Positions 14,296-19,778 of a DNA stretch of 19,778 bases are shown here, one piece after another; position 1 is the stretch's first letter, and every line of letters begins with the position of its first letter. Source of the DNA: a virus. Lineage: Duplodnaviria > Heunggongvirae > Uroviricota > Caudoviricetes. Under the pieces are notes generated by a model. That model was not told the DNA's origin, ran no database searches, and saw nothing but the letters and a program-made list of their open reading frames with translations. A program made the translations under genes and the position numbers. The DNA lies in IMG/VR virus record IMGVR_UViG_3300028988_000065, positions 1-19,778 of that record; one strand, 5' to 3'.

Positions 14296-14320
14296 ATAGC
14301 CTGCGTATGGCGCAGGCTAT
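14296..14320 (+). other. Perfect 10-bp stem-loop between racC and recE
   Basis: ATAGCCTGCG-TATGG-CGCAGGCTAT, 6 nt after the racC stop. It has no U-tract on the + strand. Confidence 0.5.
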
Positions 14321-14391
14321 GAACAGTGTGTATCCGGCAAGATCATTCACTGAACAAAACGAATTTTAATCTGAGTTGAGGTTAAAAAACA

Positions 14392-16992
14392 ATGAGCACA
14401 AAACCACTCTTCCTGTTACGGAAAGCGAAAAAATCATCCGGTGAACCTGACGTCGTCCTGTGGGCAAGCAACGATTTTGAATCGACCTGTGCCACTCTGG
14501 ACTACCTGATCGTTAAGTCAGGTAAAAAACTGAGCAGCTATTTTAAAGCTGTTGCCACGAATTTTCCTGTCGTTAATGACCTGCCCGCTGAAGGTGAGAT
14601 CGATTTTACCTGGAGTGAACGCTATCAACTCAGCAAAGACTCCATGACATGGGAACTAAAACCGGGAGCAGCACCAGACAACGCTCACTATCAAGGCAAT
14701 ACCAACGTCAACGGCGAAGACATGACTGAGATTGAGGAGAATATGCTACTCCCAATTTCTGGCCAGGAACTGCCCATTCGTTGGCTTGCTCAACACGGCA
14801 GCGAAAAACCGGTAACGCACGTTTCACGCGACGGACTCCAGGCATTACACATTGCTCGGGCTGAAGAACTACCGGCTGTTACTGCCCTGGCTGTTTCCCA
14901 CAAAACCAGCCTGCTCGACCCGCTGGAAATTCGCGAACTCCACAAACTGGTTCGTGACACTGACAAAGTTTTCCCTAATCCTGGTAATTCAAACCTGGGA
15001 CTGATAACTGCTTTTTTCGAAGCATACCTGAACGCTGACTACACCGATCGAGGACTGCTGACAAAAGAGTGGATGAAGGGTAATCGTGTTTCACACATCA
15101 CTCGCACGGCTTCCGGTGCTAATGCTGGCGGCGGAAACCTCACCGATCGCGGCGAAGGTTTCGTACACGATCTGACGTCACTGGCGCGCGACGTAGCCAC
15201 TGGCGTACTGGCCCGTTCAATGGATCTGGACATCTATAACCTTCATCCGGCACACGCTAAACGCATTGAGGAAATTATCGCTGAAAATAAACCGCCCTTT
15301 TCTGTTTTCCGCGACAAATTCATCACCATGCCTGGCGGGCTGGATTATTCCCGCGCCATCGTGGTTGCGTCCGTAAAAGAAGCACCAATTGGGATCGAGG
15401 TCATCCCCGCGCACGTCACTGAATATCTGAACAAAGTACTGACTGAAACCGATCATGCCAACCCTGATCCGGAAATCGTGGATATTGCCTGCGGTCGCTC
15501 CTCTGCCCCGATGCCGCAGCGAGTAACAGAAGAAGGAAAACAGGATGATGAAGAAAAACCGCAACCATCTGGAACAACGGCAGTTGAACAGGGAGAGGCT
15601 GAAACAATGGAACCGGACGCAACTGAACATCATCAGGACACGCAGCCGCTGGATGCTCAGTCACAGGTAAATTCTGTTGATGCGAAATATCAGGAACTGC
15701 GGGCAGAACTCCATGAAGCCCGGAAAAACATTCCATCAAAAAATCCTGTCGATGACGATAAATTGCTTGCTGCATCACGTGGTGAATTTGTTGACGGAAT
15801 TAGCGACCCGAACGATCCGAAATGGGTAAAGGGGATCCAGACTCGCGATTGTGTGTACCAGAACCAGCCAGAAACGGAAAAAACCAGCCCAGATATGAAT
15901 CAACCTGAGCCAGTAGTGCAACAGGAACCGGAAATAGCCTGCAATGCCTGCGGCCAGACTGGCGGGGATAACTGCCCTGACTGTGGTGCGGTGATGGGCG
16001 ACGCAACATACCAGGAAACATTCGATGAAGAGAGTCAGGTTGAAGCTAAGGAAAATGATCCGGAGGAAATGGAAGGCGCTGAACATCCGCACAATGAGAA
16101 TGCTGGCAGCGATCCGCATCGCGATTGCAGTGATGAAACTGGCGAAGTCGCAGATCCCGTAATCGTAGAAGACATAGAGCCAGGTATTTATTACGGAATT
16201 TCGAATGAGAATTACCACGCGGGTCCCGGTATCAGTAAGTCTCAGCTCGATGACATTGCTGATACTCCGGCACTATATTTGTGGCGTAAAAATGCCCCCG
16301 TGGACACCACAAAGACAAAAACGCTCGATTTAGGAACTGCTTTCCACTGCCGGGTACTTGAACCGGAAGAATTCAGTAACCGCTTTATCGTAGCACCTGA
16401 ATTTAACCGCCGTACAAACGCCGGAAAAGAAGAAGAGAAAGCGTTTCTGATGGAATGCGCAAGCACAGGAAAAACGGTTATCACTGCGGAAGAAGGCCGG
16501 AAAATTGAACTCATGTATCAAAGCGTTATGGCTTTGCCGCTGGGGCAATGGCTTGTTGAAAGCGCCGGACACGCTGAATCATCAATTTACTGGGAAGATC
16601 CTGAAACAGGAATTTTGTGTCGGTGCCGTCCGGACAAAATTATCCCTGAATTTCACTGGATCATGGACGTGAAAACTACGGCGGATATTCAACGATTCAA
16701 AACCGCTTATTACGACTACCGCTATCACGTTCAGGATGCATTCTACAGTGACGGTTATGAAGCACAGTTTGGAGTGCAGCCAACTTTCGTTTTTCTGGTT
16801 GCCAGCACAACTATTGAATGCGGACGTTATCCGGTTGAAATTTTCATGATGGGCGAAGAAGCAAAACTGGCAGGTCAACAGGAATATCACCGCAATCTGC
16901 GAACCCTGTCTGACTGCCTGAATACCGATGAATGGCCAGCTATTAAGACATTATCACTGCCCCGCTGGGCTAAGGAATATGCAAATGACTAA
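14392..16992 (+). CDS. recE: Exodeoxyribonuclease VIII (RecE), 866 aa
   Basis: Full-length match to RecE from memory, including the C-terminal nuclease region with PD-(D/E)xK-type motifs. Overlaps recT by 8 nt. Confidence 0.95.
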
Positions 16993-17794
16993 GCAACCAC
17001 CAATCGCAAAAGCCGATCTGCAAAAAACTCAGGGAAACCGTGCACCAGCAGCAGTTAAAAATAGCGACGTGATTAGTTTTATTAACCAGCCATCAATGAA
17101 AGAGCAACTGGCAGCAGCTCTTCCACGCCATATGACGGCTGAACGTATGATCCGTATCGCCACCACAGAAATTCGTAAAGTTCCGGCGTTAGGAAACTGT
17201 GACACTATGAGTTTTGTCAGTGCGATCGTACAGTGTTCACAGCTCGGACTTGAGCCAGGTAGCGCCCTCGGTCATGCATATTTACTGCCTTTTGGTAATA
17301 AAAACGAAAAGAGCGGTAAAAAGAACGTTCAGCTAATCATTGGCTATCGCGGCATGATTGATCTGGCTCGCCGTTCTGGTCAAATCGCCAGCCTGTCAGC
17401 CCGTGTTGTCCGTGAAGGTGACGAGTTTAGCTTCGAATTTGGCCTTGATGAAAAGTTAATACACCGCCCGGGAGAAAACGAAGATGCCCCGGTTACCCAC
17501 GTCTATGCTGTCGCAAGACTGAAAGACGGAGGTACTCAGTTTGAAGTTATGACGCGCAAACAGATTGAGCTGGTGCGCAGCCTGAGTAAAGCTGGTAATA
17601 ACGGGCCGTGGGTAACTCACTGGGAAGAAATGGCAAAGAAAACGGCTATTCGTCGCCTGTTCAAATATTTGCCCGTATCAATTGAGATCCAGCGTGCAGT
17701 ATCAATGGATGAAAAGGAACCACTGACAATCGATCCTGCAGATTCCTCTGTATTAACCGGGGAATACAGTGTAATCGATAATTCAGAGGAATAA
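16985..17794 (+). CDS. recT: RecT single-strand annealing recombinase, 269 aa
   Basis: Translation [77 protein letters not shown]... Confidence 0.95.
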
Positions 17795-17850
17795 TTCAGC
17801 CTGGCGGTGTAATGCACCGCCAACTTGAAATATTTTTTATGAGAAAAATT

Positions 17851-18045
17851 ATGAGATATGACAATGTTAAACCATGTCCATTTTGTGGTTGTCCATCAGT
17901 AACGGTGAAAGCCATTTCAGGATATTACCGAGCGAAGTGTAACGGATGCGAATCCCGAACCGGTTATGGTGGAAGTGAAAAAGAAGCACTCGAAAGATGG
18001 AATAAACGAACCACTGGAAATAATAATGGAGGTGTTCATGTATAA
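17851..18045 (+). CDS. ralR: RalR (restriction alleviation; reported type I toxin/DNase), 64 aa
   Basis: Translation MRYDNVKPCPFCGCPSVTVKAISGYYRAKCNGCESRTGYGGSEKEALERWNKRTTGNNNGGVHV. Confidence 0.85.
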   Translation: MRYDNVKPCPFCGCPSVTVKAISGYYRAKCNGCESRTGYGGSEKEALERWNKRTTGNNNGGVHV

Positions 18046-18247
18046 AATTACCGCCACTATTGAAAAGGAAGGTGGCACTCCTACTAACTGGACAAGATAT
18101 TCAAAATCTAAACTAACGAAATCAGAATGCGAAAAAATGCTCTCAGGTAAAAAAGAAGCAGGCGTTTCCAGAGAGCAGAAAGTAAAACTGATAAATTTTA
18201 ATTGCGAGAAACTTCAGTCCTCGAGAATTGCATTGTATTCAAATTAA
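18038..18247 (+). CDS. ydaC: YdaC, 69 aa
   Basis: GGAGG RBS. The ATG overlaps the 3' end of ralR. Translation MYKITATIEKEGGTPTNWTRYSKSKLTKSECEKMLSGKKEAG... Confidence 0.75.
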   Translation: MYKITATIEKEGGTPTNWTRYSKSKLTKSECEKMLSGKKEAGVSREQKVKLINFNCEKLQSSRIALYSN

Positions 18248-18325
18248 AACTTCATAGCTGATTATTAATAATCAACATCGGGCGTCAATTTCAGTCTAAC
18301 ATTGGCGCCTGCCAGAGGTGATGCG

Positions 18326-18541
18326 ATGGCACAAGTAATCTTTAATGAAGAGTGGATGGTTGAATACGGCCTGATGCTTCGCACTGGTCTGGGGGCCAGA
18401 CAAATTGAAGCATACCGCCAGAACTGTTGGGTGGAGGGCTTCCACTTCAAACGAGTATCTCCTTTAGGTAAGCCAGACAGCAAACGAGGGATTATCTGGT
18501 ACAACTATCCAAAGATAAATCAGTTTATCAAAGACTCATGA
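18326..18541 (+). CDS. xisR: Excisionase XisR (YdaQ), 71 aa
   Basis: AGAGGTGA RBS. Translation [71 protein letters not shown]. Confidence 0.85.
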   Translation: MAQVIFNEEWMVEYGLMLRTGLGARQIEAYRQNCWVEGFHFKRVSPLGKPDSKRGIIWYNYPKINQFIKDS

Positions 18542-18542
18542 T

Positions 18543-19778
18543 ATGTCTAAATTACCAACAGGTGTCGAGATTAGAGGTAGATACATTCGCATCTGGTTCA
18601 TGTTTCGAGGAAAACGATGTCGGGAAACATTAAAAGGCTGGGAGATTACAAACAGTAATATTAAAAAGGCCGGAAATTTAAGAGCGCTGATAGTTCATGA
18701 AATAAACTCCGGTGAATTTGAGTATTTAAGACGTTTTCCCCAGTCCAGCACTGGGGCAAAAATGGTGACAACGAGAGTCATAAAAACGTTCGGAGAGCTT
18801 TGTGATATCTGGACAAAAATTAAAGAGACAGAGTTAACAACAAACACAATGAAGAAAACGAAATCACAATTAAAAACACTCAGAATAATAATTTGTGAAA
18901 GTACCCCGATATCACATATTCGTTATAGCGATATCTTAAACTACCGGAATGAACTGCTGCATGGAGAAACGCTTTACCTGGATAATCCAAGATCCAACAA
19001 AAAAGGAAGAACCGTGCGCACAGTTGATAACTATATCGCCCTGCTCTGTTCGCTGTTGCGTTTTGCGTATCAGTCGGGATTTATATCAACCAAACCATTT
19101 GAAGGAGTAAAAAAATTACAGCGAAACAGAATAAAGCCTGATCCGTTATCTAAAACAGAATTCAATGCATTAATGGAAAGTGAAAAAGGACAGAGCCAGA
19201 ACTTGTGGAAATTTGCCGTTTACTCAGGACTTCGTCACGGGGAACTGGCAGCTCTGGCGTGGGAGGATGTGGATCTCGAAAAGGGAATAGTGAATGTCAG
19301 AAGAAACCTGACGATACTTGATATGTTCGGTCCCCCAAAAACAAATGCCGGGATCCGAACAGTAACACTACTGCAGCCTGCTCTTGAAGCACTGAAGGAG
19401 CAATACAAACTGACCGGGCATCATCGCAAAAGCGAAATCACCTTTTATCATCGGGAGTACGGCAGAACCGAAAAGCAAAAACTGCATTTTGTTTTCATGC
19501 CCAGGGTGTGTAACGGAAAACAAAAACCTTATTACTCGGTAAGCAGTTTGGGGGCAAGGTGGAATGCAGCAGTAAAACGTGCTGGTATTCGCCGCCGTAA
19601 TCCGTACCATACGCGGCATACTTTTGCCTGCTGGCTGTTGACGGCAGGAGCGAACCCGGCATTTATAGCCAGCCAAATGGGGCATGAAACTGCGCAGATG
19701 GTGTATGAAATTTACGGTATGTGGATTGATGACATGAACGACGAACAGATAGCCATGTTGAATGCGCGGTTATCGTAG
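18543..19778 (+). CDS. intR: Tyrosine integrase IntR, 411 aa
   Basis: Full ORF ending at the last base of the window. C-terminal catalytic region contains HTRHTF...Y as expected for a tyrosine recombinase. Lies directly downstream of xis. Confidence 0.9.
   Translation: MSKLPTGVEIRGRYIRIWFMFRGKRCRETLKGWEITNSNIKKAGNLRALIVHEINSGEFEYLRRFPQSSTGAKMVTTRVIKTFGELCDIWTKIKETELTTNTMKKTKSQLKTLRIIICESTPISHIRYSDILNYRNELLHGETLYLDNPRSNKKGRTVRTVDNYIALLCSLLRFAYQSGFISTKPFEGVKKLQRNRIKPDPLSKTEFNALMESEKGQSQNLWKFAVYSGLRHGELAALAWEDVDLEKGIVNVRRNLTILDMFGPPKTNAGIRTVTLLQPALEALKEQYKLTGHHRKSEITFYHREYGRTEKQKLHFVFMPRVCNGKQKPYYSVSSLGARWNAAVKRAGIRRRNPYHTRHTFACWLLTAGANPAFIASQMGHETAQMVYEIYGMWIDDMNDEQIAMLNARLS

Noticed and set aside
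15039-16890. Several - strand ORFs of 64-147 aa (15039..15233, 15217..15633, 15416..15778, 15775..16218, 15800..16021, 16242..16514, 16330..16572, 16582..16890)
   Set aside because: All lie antisense inside recE, whose 866-aa frame matches the known protein end to end. They are ordinary antisense-frame artefacts with no RBS support.
18038-18325. Search for the RalA antitoxin sRNA reported to pair with ralR mRNA
   Set aside because: No promoter or terminator pair could be placed from sequence alone, and ralR and ydaC overlap, leaving no obvious intergenic locus. Not annotated.
1-19778. CRISPR arrays, rRNA, tRNA, and attL/attR core sites
   Set aside because: No regularly spaced direct repeats, no rRNA- or tRNA-like conserved motifs, and the window ends exactly at the integrase stop, so the attachment site and host junction are outside it.

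Overview
This window is a Rac-like lambdoid prophage of an Escherichia coli-type genome, more complete than the K-12 Rac remnant. Everything here is read by eye from the sequence and from remembered protein sequences; no database search was run. From the right end inward: the early-left arm on the + strand (racC, recE, recT, ralR, ydaC, xisR, intR, preceded by ydaG, ydaF, kilR, ydaE, with sieB on the opposite strand); the immunity region (racR repressor flanked by inverted operator/promoter repeats, divergent from cro-like ydaS); and the early-right arm on the - strand (ydaS, ydaT, ydaU, ydaV, an intact ydaW). Downstream of ydaW lies a cargo segment: an AT-rich orphan gene for a 689-aa P-loop NTPase with C-terminal PD-(D/E)xK/RecB-like nuclease motifs (the best candidate for an undescribed defence-type system), an intact IS186 with target-site duplication, and a possible 28-aa hydrophobic peptide gene. 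Further left on the - strand are nin-type genes (DUF1367-like, YbcO-like), a Q-family antiterminator, a short candidate tR' terminator, about 0.9 kb of non-coding DNA, a self-contained two-gene cassette of lipoproteins with TolA C-terminal-domain-like sequence, and an S21-type pinholin. No rRNA, tRNA, CRISPR array or att site was recognised.
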